Of a stretch of DNA of 64,000 nucleotides, positions 9,297 to 18,291 are shown in pieces. Location of the stretch: sequence record NC_070650.1, one strand, 5' to 3'. Every line of letters starts with the position of its first letter. Positions within the stretch are counted from its first letter, which is position 1. The translations under genes were made by a program, and so were the position numbers. The notes beneath the pieces are model-generated. The model was given only the letters and a program-made list of their open reading frames with translations. It did not search any database and was not told the origin of the DNA.

Positions 9297-10139
9297 ATGG
9301 GAAATATTGAAAGCTTCAGAATCGCGTTGCTTAGCAATATTGCTAAGCAAGTGAAACCACAACAGCCGGTGTTTAAAGTTAAACCCAGCCGCCCACTGAC
9401 CCACGTCTGGAAAGAAACTGTTCCGGACCAGCGTATCGGCGGGTATTTTAAAAAGCTGCTCAGCGAAGAGGCGCTCTGGGCCACCATCGATGAAGAGACC
9501 TTCGCCCTTCGCCCCGTTTTATTCGGGGAAATGTCCTTACAGTTAATTGACTACTTTAATTTCTTCCAACGGGCAAAAGAAGCGGTACGTCAGGGTACCA
9601 TTACTACGCCGGTTTATCTACGGGGCGAGGCGCACGCAACTTCAGTGTATCAAAATATGCAAATTACGCCACTACAAACTACGTTCAACTTTACCCACTG
9701 GCAGAACTCTAGTTGCGGATTTGGTGATTGGAAAGAACAACATTTTCGTCAGCGGGTATTCAATGCACTTAAACGTGAGCGTTTGTGGTTGACTCAAGAA
9801 GTTTTGGACCAATTACAAAAAGTCATTAACCATCTGGGAAAACTCCCCATCAAAGACAGCGTCCCCGGCCTGTTGGATTATCTGGGGGATGTTCACGCCA
9901 TTTACACTGGCATTCAAGGCGCACCGGATAATAAACTCTGGTTATTATCCGCCAGCACCGATCTTAACATTTCGGCGGCGATGTTACGCGATAATGTTGC
10001 GTTGCGCTCGGTATTAGATATTTGCTGCTACAGCCTGCAGAGCCAATACCATATCGAAGATCTAATTAATCTCGATGATACCGAACTTCTGTACCGTCAA
10101 GTGGGTTCGAGATTCTCGTTGTCGCACGGGTCACTGTAA
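9297..10139 (+). CDS. Hypothetical protein, 280 aa
   Basis: ORF with AGGGG RBS. Confidence 0.75.
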   Translation: MGNIESFRIALLSNIAKQVKPQQPVFKVKPSRPLTHVWKETVPDQRIGGYFKKLLSEEALWATIDEETFALRPVLFGEMSLQLIDYFNFFQRAKEAVRQGTITTPVYLRGEAHATSVYQNMQITPLQTTFNFTHWQNSSCGFGDWKEQHFRQRVFNALKRERLWLTQEVLDQLQKVINHLGKLPIKDSVPGLLDYLGDVHAIYTGIQGAPDNKLWLLSASTDLNISAAMLRDNVALRSVLDICCYSLQSQYHIEDLINLDDTELLYRQVGSRFSLSHGSL

Positions 10140-10430
10140 ATGTCGTACGACCCGATGCTGGAGATGCTTGTCCGTGCGGAGTTGTCGGATATCATCAGCA
10201 CCTTAAAACTCCACCTTCTGACGCATGATAGTCCGGATATCGAAACCCTCAGGGATTCCCTGAGGGCGATGTTGCCACGCATGCAAACCACCACCTGCAG
10301 AAAAATAGTTGAGGACTGCATTGCTGCTAAAAATCCAATTACGTTATTGGAAATGATTTTAGTATCACATATGCAATCCAAGACGACATCGCCGAATACC
10401 CCGGTCGTAAACCGTAAGGAACGTAAATGA
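10140..10430 (+). CDS. Hypothetical protein, 96 aa
   Basis: Abuts the previous stop and overlaps the next start. Confidence 0.65.
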   Translation: MSYDPMLEMLVRAELSDIISTLKLHLLTHDSPDIETLRDSLRAMLPRMQTTTCRKIVEDCIAAKNPITLLEMILVSHMQSKTTSPNTPVVNRKERK

Positions 10431-11152
10431 AATATAAAGAAATTGTGATTGCCATGGATTGGGATGATACCATTGTGGACACCACCCCGACCCTGGCAAG
10501 TATGATTCACGCAAGTACGGGGTGGCATCCGGGCGATGATGTTTATTTGAATAACAACAATGACCGGGGGCATTTAAAACCGTTATTGGATTCTGGCGAA
10601 TTCATGGCTTTAACCAAACTCCGGCCTGAGCACGTGGGGTTAATTGATTGGATGTATGCTGCGAAAGACAGATTCCCGGTGCGATTTGTGGTGGCAACCC
10701 ACCGCGGATATCATACTGAGGCGGAACGATTGACCGCCGATAATGTTACCCGCACAGGCTTGCCTTTTTCTGACATCATCTATATCGATCCTAAAAACCA
10801 TGCCGATAAAACAGCCTATTTGTCGGCGATGTTTCCCAGGGTGGTATTAACGGATGACCGCCCGATGTTTGATGGACACGGCCCGTTGCCGCCGAACGTA
10901 ATTCTTTATAATCAACCCTGGAACCAACATATGGCTCCATTTAAAGAACGTTATCGGGTGACTAACAGTATCCGCATGCGCACTGAATTAGAGCGGTTTA
11001 TTCGCATGACGTATCTCATCGAAGAAACGATCGACGAACAGAGCGCTTTACCCTTAGCAGAAACACCGTTTAGTCATTACGACTCTACTAGTTTATCTGC
11101 AACGATAAAGGCTCGCGCGCCGGGAGGACGGATTAATGACCGACGTTTCTGA
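10427..11152 (+). CDS. HAD-superfamily phosphatase, 5'(3')-nucleotidase-like
   Basis: Motif I DWDDT, motif II VATHR, motif IV LTDD, followed by YNQPWN. Confidence 0.75.
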   Translation: MKYKEIVIAMDWDDTIVDTTPTLASMIHASTGWHPGDDVYLNNNNDRGHLKPLLDSGEFMALTKLRPEHVGLIDWMYAAKDRFPVRFVVATHRGYHTEAERLTADNVTRTGLPFSDIIYIDPKNHADKTAYLSAMFPRVVLTDDRPMFDGHGPLPPNVILYNQPWNQHMAPFKERYRVTNSIRMRTELERFIRMTYLIEETIDEQSALPLAETPFSHYDSTSLSATIKARAPGGRINDRRF

Positions 11153-11498
11153 TTTAACTGTTGTTCAAAACCTGGTGATTGAAGCATTAGGAAAATTACC
11201 TGGGATGGTTTATAAGTTAATTGAGACTTATAAACCAGAAGAGCTGGCTAAGGTAACTGCTCAGTTAGAGGGGCAGTTACCATTAGCAGCATTAGGCGAT
11301 GTTTTGCAATCTTATCTTCAAAAGGAATTGGGTGAAGATTACGCGGCGTGGGTAAGATGTATAGCCGAAGAGGGTGTCGTGGATGTTGTACTTATGTCGC
11401 CTGGCGATGAAGTCGCAACGATGCCTCTGACTATCCTGGACGAGAAACTCGTACGTGGGTGGTGTGTGGGGTTGCTCCATTCAGAAGGTGAATCATAA
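11136..11498 (+). CDS. Hypothetical protein, 120 aa
   Basis: GGAGG RBS; overlapping operon arrangement. Confidence 0.75.
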   Translation: MTDVSDLTVVQNLVIEALGKLPGMVYKLIETYKPEELAKVTAQLEGQLPLAALGDVLQSYLQKELGEDYAAWVRCIAEEGVVDVVLMSPGDEVATMPLTILDEKLVRGWCVGLLHSEGES

Positions 11499-11965
11499 TG
11501 CGGCCACTGGAATTTGTTTATAAGGGGGTGAAACTCACCCTCGATACAAAGTCATTTAACCCAACCCAGCCATTCATTCTATTGAATGATGAAGCGGAAG
11601 AAAGTTATCTGCTTAACGTAACCAACCTATCCGAAGAGTGGGCCACCAAACCCGCGGTTATCCGTAAGCTCGGCAAACTGGCATCGCCTTACGGGGTCAT
11701 TCAATTGATTGTTACGGGATTGACTAAACCGTGGAAATTAACTGGCCGCAGAGCTACACTTCACGGTGTTGAATTCCAGGAAGGGGTGTTCGATATCGGC
11801 AATGACCTTGTCGGAGCCTGGATGCCGATAGGGGACGTTAATCAACATGTCCCGGTCCAGACCTATACGGTGGACAATAAACATCCCAGACTGTATGGCA
11901 AACTCCTGGGGCGGGCGTTTGTTCATGTGAAAGTCGATGATGGTTATCGATTCGTGTTTGGGTAA
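11498..11965 (+). CDS. Hypothetical protein, 155 aa
   Basis: TAATG stop/start coupling. Confidence 0.75.
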   Translation: MRPLEFVYKGVKLTLDTKSFNPTQPFILLNDEAEESYLLNVTNLSEEWATKPAVIRKLGKLASPYGVIQLIVTGLTKPWKLTGRRATLHGVEFQEGVFDIGNDLVGAWMPIGDVNQHVPVQTYTVDNKHPRLYGKLLGRAFVHVKVDDGYRFVFG

Positions 11966-12012
11966 TGTCGTGGACGCCAGTCCGGTTTTAGTCAAGTTGA
12001 TCGAAACACTTA

Positions 12013-12153
12013 ATGGATAGTTATGACTTTATTCGGGCGGGAGTTATGTTGTCTGTTCGCGCAGTGCGTGCTGGCGATATTCCATGGTATGAATGTTTGT
12101 ATTTGGTCCCTAGCCACGGTGATGGATATGAAGGCCTTATACACATCGTTTAA
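12013..12153 (+). CDS. Small ORF (46 aa) or gene remnant sharing GDxPWYECLY with the 13159 gene
   Basis: Manual translation MDSYDFIRAGVMLSVRAVRAGDIPWYECLYLVPSHGDGYEGLIHIV; ends just before a terminator. Confidence 0.45.
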   Translation: MDSYDFIRAGVMLSVRAVRAGDIPWYECLYLVPSHGDGYEGLIHIV

Positions 12154-12157
12154 ATCC

Positions 12158-12208
12158 GATGAGGGTGGCAAATGCCACCCTCATCACCCACTTTATTTTT
12201 TCTTTTTC
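12158..12208 (+). terminator. Intrinsic terminator
   Basis: 12-bp stem GATGAGGGTGGC-aaat-GCCACCCTCATC with a downstream T-rich run. Confidence 0.75.
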
Positions 12209-12223
12209 TGAGAGGATTCAGGG

Positions 12224-13144
12224 ATGTCAAGAATTAGACTGCATACCTATGTTCAAAGTTCGGTGAGTATGGAGGGGTTGGTGGATACCCTCAAAAAACT
12301 GTTTACTACCAAAAGTAAAACTAAAAAGGCCGACACTCCTTTTTCTCCGGAAGTAGACAAATTCAAATGGCTCAAAGAAGCCCAAAGTCAAGCAGCTACC
12401 ACCTATGCCAACCAGGATTGGGTTACCAAGAACCTTAATTCTCGGGAGCTTGCAGCCCCTAAATTGGCACAGGAATTAAGTTATAAAGGAAAGGTACCCA
12501 AAACACCAACCGAAGCATTGGCTAATGTTTCGACCATTTTAAATTCCATCCGAACCAAAGTGCCCGCCATCGAGAAATATACGGCGGCCCTACGCAACCT
12601 GGAAAACGAGGCTGAGTCGTGGCCCGGTGATGCAGAAACCATCGGTAATCGCATGCTTGCGGCCGCAAGTAAAATCAATACCGTTTACAAGTCAGGTGAT
12701 ACAACCCCGGAATTGTTCAACGGACGGCTTTATCAGGTGACTAAGCATTACACCGTAGCTAAGCGGAACAACGATAACTATAAGGCCGATAGTGATTCCC
12801 TTCCGGCGTTGACCGCAGAAGAAATCGTCAAGGCCGTAAAAACCCTATTCTCACTGTTGGAAGACATCCTTCAGCTTGAAGATGACCGTGGTTTATATCC
12901 GGGTAGTGGGTGTGACTCCGGGGTATGGGATAAATTTGATTATGAGGACCATGAAGAGTTGTGGGAATTGATGTATTTTCAATCGCGTCCAGGAGTAGCA
13001 AAAAACATGATTATGTATCCGCTATGGGACCTGTACGAAGATACCCTGTTCTCGATTATGAAATGGATTTATTCTCAAGTGTCCAAGGACGCAGTGAGTG
13101 TGGAATCCATAGACGGCAACGATAGCTGGGTTAGCTACTTGTAA
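12224..13144 (+). CDS. Probable virion head (inner-body-type) protein, 306 aa
   Basis: N-terminal VSMEG and C-terminal VSVES resemble the S/A-x-E prohead-protease cleavage sites of phiKZ-like head proteins. Confidence 0.55.
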   Translation: MSRIRLHTYVQSSVSMEGLVDTLKKLFTTKSKTKKADTPFSPEVDKFKWLKEAQSQAATTYANQDWVTKNLNSRELAAPKLAQELSYKGKVPKTPTEALANVSTILNSIRTKVPAIEKYTAALRNLENEAESWPGDAETIGNRMLAAASKINTVYKSGDTTPELFNGRLYQVTKHYTVAKRNNDNYKADSDSLPALTAEEIVKAVKTLFSLLEDILQLEDDRGLYPGSGCDSGVWDKFDYEDHEELWELMYFQSRPGVAKNMIMYPLWDLYEDTLFSIMKWIYSQVSKDAVSVESIDGNDSWVSYL

Positions 13145-13158
13145 TAGAGGTGGGGGTT

Positions 13159-13518
13159 ATGGAACTCGAACGTGTGGTTTATCATCCGGCGGGGATGATT
13201 GCTTATTATTCCGATGGTACGGTAGGGGTGCCGACTCAGGAAGATTTGGATAACGCCGTCGGGGAGATTCTGCTTTATACTAAACACCGCGCTAAAAGAA
13301 TTATTACGGATGTTTTAACTCACGGATATGATGAACTTAAATTTCGTAACAATCCTACCAAGGATCAATGTGGGGTTGTCGCGTTTCAGTTATTATGGCA
13401 CGCACAAGACCACCTGAACGTGTTTCCTATTTTGTGGAAACCTTCCGGGGATAAACCGTGGTACGAATGCCTGTATATGTCGGTCTGGGGAAATGGTTCT
13501 GATTTACGTCCGGTATAA
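13159..13518 (+). CDS. Hypothetical protein, 119 aa
   Basis: ATG 13159 after GAGGTGGGG RBS. Confidence 0.7.
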   Translation: MELERVVYHPAGMIAYYSDGTVGVPTQEDLDNAVGEILLYTKHRAKRIITDVLTHGYDELKFRNNPTKDQCGVVAFQLLWHAQDHLNVFPILWKPSGDKPWYECLYMSVWGNGSDLRPV

Positions 13519-13520
13519 AA

Positions 13521-13544
13521 AGGGAGAGGCTTCGGCCTCTCCCT
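13521..13544 (+). terminator. Intrinsic terminator
   Basis: AGGGAGAGGC-ttcg-GCCTCTCCCT, then TATG and a T-tract. Confidence 0.85.
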
Positions 13545-13611
13545 GGTTATGTTGCTTTTTTTATTTGTTGGGTCAAAAATATGTCGAGTTTAGCGCATGG
13601 GGTATAGTAAC

Positions 13612-13728
13612 ATGGCTGTTTTGAAAAAAAAAAGAGCTATTATAAATAACGTTATGGTGTTTGATAGATCACTGGCCGATATTGGGCCCATTTCGGTTCC
13701 AGGATTAACTGCGGAGGTGAAGTCATGA
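13612..13728 (+). CDS. Small ORF, 38 aa, containing an A10 tract
   Basis: MAVLKKKRAIINNVMVFDRS...; GGGG RBS; ATGA overlap with the next ORF. Confidence 0.4.
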   Translation: MAVLKKKRAIINNVMVFDRSLADIGPISVPGLTAEVKS

Positions 13729-13886
13729 TTGAATGGGGTGGTGTGGTAGACGCAATTGGTCGCAAGGGTGCGTCAGTTGAGTGGTCTGGGCTACGCCCGC
13801 CAAGTGGACGCTCCGCACCGCCGTACATCGTTATGGCTGGGGGCGGCTCTTTAGGATGTTGGGAGATAGGGCAAAAGACGGTCTAG
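13725..13886 (+). CDS. Small ORF, 53 aa
   Basis: MIEWGGVVDAIGRKG...; strong GGAGGTG RBS at 13713-13719. Confidence 0.45.
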   Translation: MIEWGGVVDAIGRKGASVEWSGLRPPSGRSAPPYIVMAGGGSLGCWEIGQKTV

Positions 13887-14010
13887 AATTGGGGATTTAT
13901 GCTTGCGGTTCTATGACCTCAGAAGGACTCGGGATAGAATTGAGATTCAGACCTAAGAATAAAGCACTTTAATCCAAACATTGTAATCGACAACCCACAA
14001 TAAAATTAAA

Positions 14011-14041
14011 CATACATGGGGGCGAAAGCCCCCCATGTATG
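14011..14041. terminator. Bidirectional terminator hairpin
   Basis: CATACATGGGGGC-gaaa-GCCCCCCATGTATG between convergent genes. Confidence 0.85.
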
Positions 14042-14051
14042 GTGTTACTTA

Positions 14052-17000
14052 TTAATTAGTACCGGCCAAACGCAAAACCAAAAACTCCTCCATTCGCATC
14101 ATGTACGTGCCTCTGGTGATGACCACTCTACCATCAGACTCTTCATCTATGGTATCGGCACCATCAATAATCTCAATGATACCCTCAGTCGTTACCGGTA
14201 ATGCACTGGTTTCACCCTCGGCCAGAACCGGAACATACCCACTACTGGTCATCTCGGCGGTCTGAGAAACTTCTTCGTATGTAATCAAACCATATTTAGT
14301 CCAATCCAGGCCTGCAGCCACGATAGCGTCCTTGACATGTTGTGCGATGACCCCCACATGCCAGCGGGCGTTGTCTGCTCCTTTAGTGGCTATGGCGGTT
14401 TTGAGCTGCCATGCACTTAACTCTACCGATTTTACCGCAGTTGCCAATTTCTGAAATTCGACATCAGAAGATATGGTCTTGATATTATCTTTAAAATGTA
14501 CGTCTGAAATAACAGTAACTGCATTTTGGGAATATATATTAGCCGGATACGCCGTTGAACTCCCAAATGAGTAGGTTGTAGAAGTTAGTAGAGTCCCATT
14601 TATGGTTATTCCGCCGGTACCTGTTAAATATAATGTCGAGTTACCTGAAGAACCAATGCCCGCGGATACATTAGTACCGTCGTAATAAAATCTCAGTTGC
14701 TTTGTTCCGCTAGTGCCGCCGAACCCGGTTCTAAGATCCCCACCGGTTGGCCCCATCCAGCCATCAGAACTAAACGAGTTGCTGGTGCCGGTTAGGGCGC
14801 TTGATTTCCCCGTTTTTACGGAATAACTACGGGTTGTGGATGCGGTCAATGTACCACCAACCTCCCCCAATACTCCCTTCAAAACATATTGCCTTGATAA
14901 GGTGCCGTCAGTATTACTCACTCTCCTGATGATATTTATTAACCCTGTACTACCACCCCCAGAATTTGCGGTAATGTAAATTGGCATACCGGAAAAGACA
15001 TAAGGTAGATACTCAGAAGCAACACTGACCGTTGTCCAACTATTGGCTGAATCTACCGAGTCAATGGTCAAGGAAAAGGTAGCTCCAGCCATTCCAGCCC
15101 CCCAGGAACACCCACCAGTGACTGTCCTTGGTTCAAAACCGCTACCGAAAGACCCAGACATGTCGGAATAACTTGATGGGTCGGTAAGGGATGAATGATT
15201 GTACGGAACAAATGGAGCCACAAGGTCGCCAGGCTTAAATATCCCACCGCCAATTTCTTGAGAATAGTAAGCCCCAGAGTCCGTACTGCTGGCCGACATG
15301 GTCCCCCAAACACGGTCTAATTGAGATTTTGGTGTGTATTCAGATAACCTAGGGGGAAATATCGGAACACCCCCCACGAATGCCTGAATTGCTTTTAATA
15401 TAATCGGTGCATCCGATGTTACGGTAATTTTTAGCTTACCGGCCGCTGAAGAAACCAAACGCCCATCAAGAGATCTGGGGTTTACATAAGGCACAAGTGC
15501 CGCTTTATACCCATTACCGTAGTCAAACAGGCTAACACCGTTAGTTGAATATAGGTTTATGGAGCTGTCGTCACTGGTATTTATATTGTCCGATAAACCA
15601 ACCAGTATTTTGCGGTGGTCGTAATTTCCTGTGAGGTCTTTATACCAGACAACTATATTGCTTTGGTGTGACGGTGATTTCAATGGAAAAAGTAGGACAC
15701 CAGTATTAACTGAAAGACCATATGGTGAAAGAAACTCATTTCCTTCCAACGTATCACGCAATGAATCTACGTCTGGGACGGAACCGGAATAATGTATTCC
15801 GTAGGTACCATATTTAAAATCATAGCCACCATTAGGGAACGCCCCATGGTCCACCGTAGGCTGCCCGACTGACCACGTACTTGGTCCGGCAAAATAAGAA
15901 TATGCCGTTTCCCAACCAGCACGTACGTATTTACCCGTAGCATCATAGCTCCCAAAAAATGATTCTTCGAAAGCAACTAACGGGAATCCTTTCGAGTTGC
16001 TAAGATAATAACTACCCAGTGAACTAATGAATAGCCCGGTACCCCGATAGCTGCCGCTATTTGATGGCGTAGATATGGTCCATCCTGGTCCCGTAGCATT
16101 TTCATAATACATCCCAATAAATGCCGCACCTCTGGCGCTATCTTTAATGAAGCCTTTTATTGGTCCAGCGGCCATGGTATTTGCTTCCACAACACCGCTG
16201 GTAAAAACAACCCCAGCCCCGCTATTTTCGACGAAATAATTAAATTGACTACCATCTGGACTTGATGACCAATCGGAGTATGTACCAAATTTACATTTGT
16301 CAAATTTACCCCAATTGCTAACTGTCCTTAAATGAAGATAACGACAACCATACGAGGTAACATCAATTTCATGAACCCCCTCATACGAACCGGTACTTGC
16401 TGAGGATACTTCCGGTACTATAGTGCCGGTTATTTTGTTACCCAGATTATCATAATAGTAACCCGACGTTGTCCTTAAATATTGTCGACCTACCGCGAAG
16501 TCTTGAATCCAAGTCCCTGTAATCGATGAGTTTTCCATGTTGTACGTCATGATACCGGTGCCGGTATTGCAGGCATCATTGCTTTTTGTTGTTTTATGGT
16601 CCCCGTAAAATTTACCGCCCACTACGTGAAAGTCAGACAACGTCATATTGCCGTATGACGCCGACCCAGAGTATAAATCAGATATTTTTTGTACGTCTTC
16701 GATTCCACGCTCAATTGCGTTCATCCAGACACCAGTAACGCTATGTTTGTTACTTGGGCTTGGCCGAACGTAAATGGATGCCTGTTGGAAATTGAGTTTT
16801 AATCTAGAAAATGCTTTTATCGACAACTTGCCCACCCGCAGGGGGTAATCTGAGGGAACCGTTATTTCTAGGTAAGACGATAGGTCATCCTCACTTTTCA
16901 TGGTCTTAACTAACGTAGATATTCCATATAGAACCTCCCCCACACAAATAAAATCTTCTGTCTCATCATCGACGGTAGAACCAGAAGCTATGGCTTTTAA

Positions 17001-17603
17001 CCCATTACTGCGGGCATTAACGACATCCCCCGATTTTACCGACAAAACATATTCATGACCCGCGGCATCGTATATCTTGGCCACTTTAGGAATATGAGTT
17101 CCAGCCTTTGATTGATTGACTTCACCGGTTGGATACCACACCCCATCACCACCATCGTTAGCCGTATAAAAACCACGGCTACGAATTTCAGCATGGACGG
17201 TCGATAAATTAAAGATGTTAATGGTAGAATCAACCCAAAAACCAAGACCGTATACGAGTGTCGCACCCTCTTCACTTGAACGGAGGTTTTCGCGAAGCAC
17301 CGAATCATTGCTGTATGCCCAAGCTCCAGATCCGATGCCTCCGGTGGTGTCCGGAGTGCTTCCAGAAGGTACTGTTTTTGGGTAGGTGCCAGTCCAAACT
17401 AGGCGTTGCCCACCATAAACAATCTCTTCTTTTATAGATGTAATGGTAAAACCAACATCAAAAGATTTGCTGGCAGTCAGGAAATTCGTCATTGGGATCT
17501 GATAATTACTCCCATCCTCACTATACAGCAACGCCCCGGTGTTATAACCCAACCCGTAGGTCGGCAGGTCACCCAGGCGCTTTGCGATTACTCTACTGGT
17601 CAT
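14052..17603 (-). CDS. RBP1: tailspike/tail fibre, 1183 aa, with C-terminal peptidase S74-type intramolecular chaperone
   Basis: Shared anchor KRLGDLPTY; tailspike N-domain motif WTGTYPKTVPSGSTPDTTGGIGSGAW; beta-helix-like body; SDVHFKDNIK...HVGVIAQ chaperone; start moved to 17603 (GAGGT RBS). Confidence 0.88.
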   Translation of the reverse strand: MTSRVIAKRLGDLPTYGLGYNTGALLYSEDGSNYQIPMTNFLTASKSFDVGFTITSIKEEIVYGGQRLVWTGTYPKTVPSGSTPDTTGGIGSGAWAYSNDSVLRENLRSSEEGATLVYGLGFWVDSTINIFNLSTVHAEIRSRGFYTANDGGDGVWYPTGEVNQSKAGTHIPKVAKIYDAAGHEYVLSVKSGDVVNARSNGLKAIASGSTVDDETEDFICVGEVLYGISTLVKTMKSEDDLSSYLEITVPSDYPLRVGKLSIKAFSRLKLNFQQASIYVRPSPSNKHSVTGVWMNAIERGIEDVQKISDLYSGSASYGNMTLSDFHVVGGKFYGDHKTTKSNDACNTGTGIMTYNMENSSITGTWIQDFAVGRQYLRTTSGYYYDNLGNKITGTIVPEVSSASTGSYEGVHEIDVTSYGCRYLHLRTVSNWGKFDKCKFGTYSDWSSSPDGSQFNYFVENSGAGVVFTSGVVEANTMAAGPIKGFIKDSARGAAFIGMYYENATGPGWTISTPSNSGSYRGTGLFISSLGSYYLSNSKGFPLVAFEESFFGSYDATGKYVRAGWETAYSYFAGPSTWSVGQPTVDHGAFPNGGYDFKYGTYGIHYSGSVPDVDSLRDTLEGNEFLSPYGLSVNTGVLLFPLKSPSHQSNIVVWYKDLTGNYDHRKILVGLSDNINTSDDSSINLYSTNGVSLFDYGNGYKAALVPYVNPRSLDGRLVSSAAGKLKITVTSDAPIILKAIQAFVGGVPIFPPRLSEYTPKSQLDRVWGTMSASSTDSGAYYSQEIGGGIFKPGDLVAPFVPYNHSSLTDPSSYSDMSGSFGSGFEPRTVTGGCSWGAGMAGATFSLTIDSVDSANSWTTVSVASEYLPYVFSGMPIYITANSGGGSTGLINIIRRVSNTDGTLSRQYVLKGVLGEVGGTLTASTTRSYSVKTGKSSALTGTSNSFSSDGWMGPTGGDLRTGFGGTSGTKQLRFYYDGTNVSAGIGSSGNSTLYLTGTGGITINGTLLTSTTYSFGSSTAYPANIYSQNAVTVISDVHFKDNIKTISSDVEFQKLATAVKSVELSAWQLKTAIATKGADNARWHVGVIAQHVKDAIVAAGLDWTKYGLITYEEVSQTAEMTSSGYVPVLAEGETSALPVTTEGIIEIIDGADTIDEESDGRVVITRGTYMMRMEEFLVLRLAGTN

Positions 17604-17627
17604 GTTATTATACCTCATGCAGTGGCG

Positions 17628-17659
17628 TCTTGTAGAAAATGATAAGCATAAAATGAGGC
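17628..17659 (-). repeat. 32-bp perfect inverted repeat, copy 1 (upstream of RBP1)
   Basis: Reverse complement GCCTCATTTTATGCTTATCATTTTCTACAAGA is identical to 26812-26843. Confidence 0.95.
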
Positions 17660-17721
17660 CAACCTTCAATCTGATAAAAAACCTTCTTTATCGTATGCAC
17701 TTTTATAAAGGAGGGCACCAC

Positions 17722-18285
17722 ATGGGCTTTACCCCTAATTTCACCCTGTCCTCATATTACGTGGTTAATATCGGACTGCCATCTTCAGAATTAGTATTTG
17801 GGTTAATTAACCACGATAACCATTCTACTTTTACTGCCGACGATGTGTTTTTTGGCGTACCTACAAGTACGGCACCGGGCAGTTTAAGAAACTCACAAAT
17901 AACGCTTTATCGCCAACCACCCTACGACTATGATTCGATGGTGGTAACTTACGATAGGCTAGACCTCGATGAGGCGTTAGAAAAACACCTACCTATTATT
18001 TTGTCCCTCGAAGAAACGGATCTTAACCTCACCGATCTCATCGCTTATTTTAATGATACTTATAACCTGTCTTTAAGTGATGGTGAAGTTGTGGGGGGGC
18101 TTATTGATACGGTTGCAGACACAAATCCGTTGACTATCTCTGATTCCAGTTTGGCGTGGCGCGGTACGATAGATTTCACGGCACTTGCTTTAGGTCACTC
18201 CCTAATGGTTGACGACACCGGAGAATACATCACGGTCGGAAATGGTCTCTTATTGGAAATCACGCCACCACCAACAAGTGAGTAA
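17722..18285 (+). CDS. Adaptor-like paralog A1 (probable tailspike attachment protein), 187 aa
   Basis: Family motifs YxV(N/D)xxLPSxELVxGLINxDN, YDRL, SSLAWxG; start moved to ATG 17722 (GGAGGG RBS). Confidence 0.75.
   Translation: MGFTPNFTLSSYYVVNIGLPSSELVFGLINHDNHSTFTADDVFFGVPTSTAPGSLRNSQITLYRQPPYDYDSMVVTYDRLDLDEALEKHLPIILSLEETDLNLTDLIAYFNDTYNLSLSDGEVVGGLIDTVADTNPLTISDSSLAWRGTIDFTALALGHSLMVDDTGEYITVGNGLLLEITPPPTSE
18133..18159 (+). repeat. 27-bp perfect direct repeat, copy 1 (inside A1)
   Basis: ACTATCTCTGATTCCAGTTTGGCGTGG is identical to 20459-20485. Confidence 0.95.
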
Positions 18286-18291
18286 AATAAC

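Noticed and set aside
13735-13830. tRNA-like impression (TGGTAGACGC)
   Set aside because: No T-loop GTTCRA, acceptor stem or cloverleaf; it lies in a small ORF with a strong RBS
17604-17721. ORF-track extensions of RBP1 (to 17669) and A1 (from 17602)
   Set aside because: These are the divergent intergenic region holding the 32-bp repeat; the real starts have RBSs at 17603 (-) and 17722 (+)
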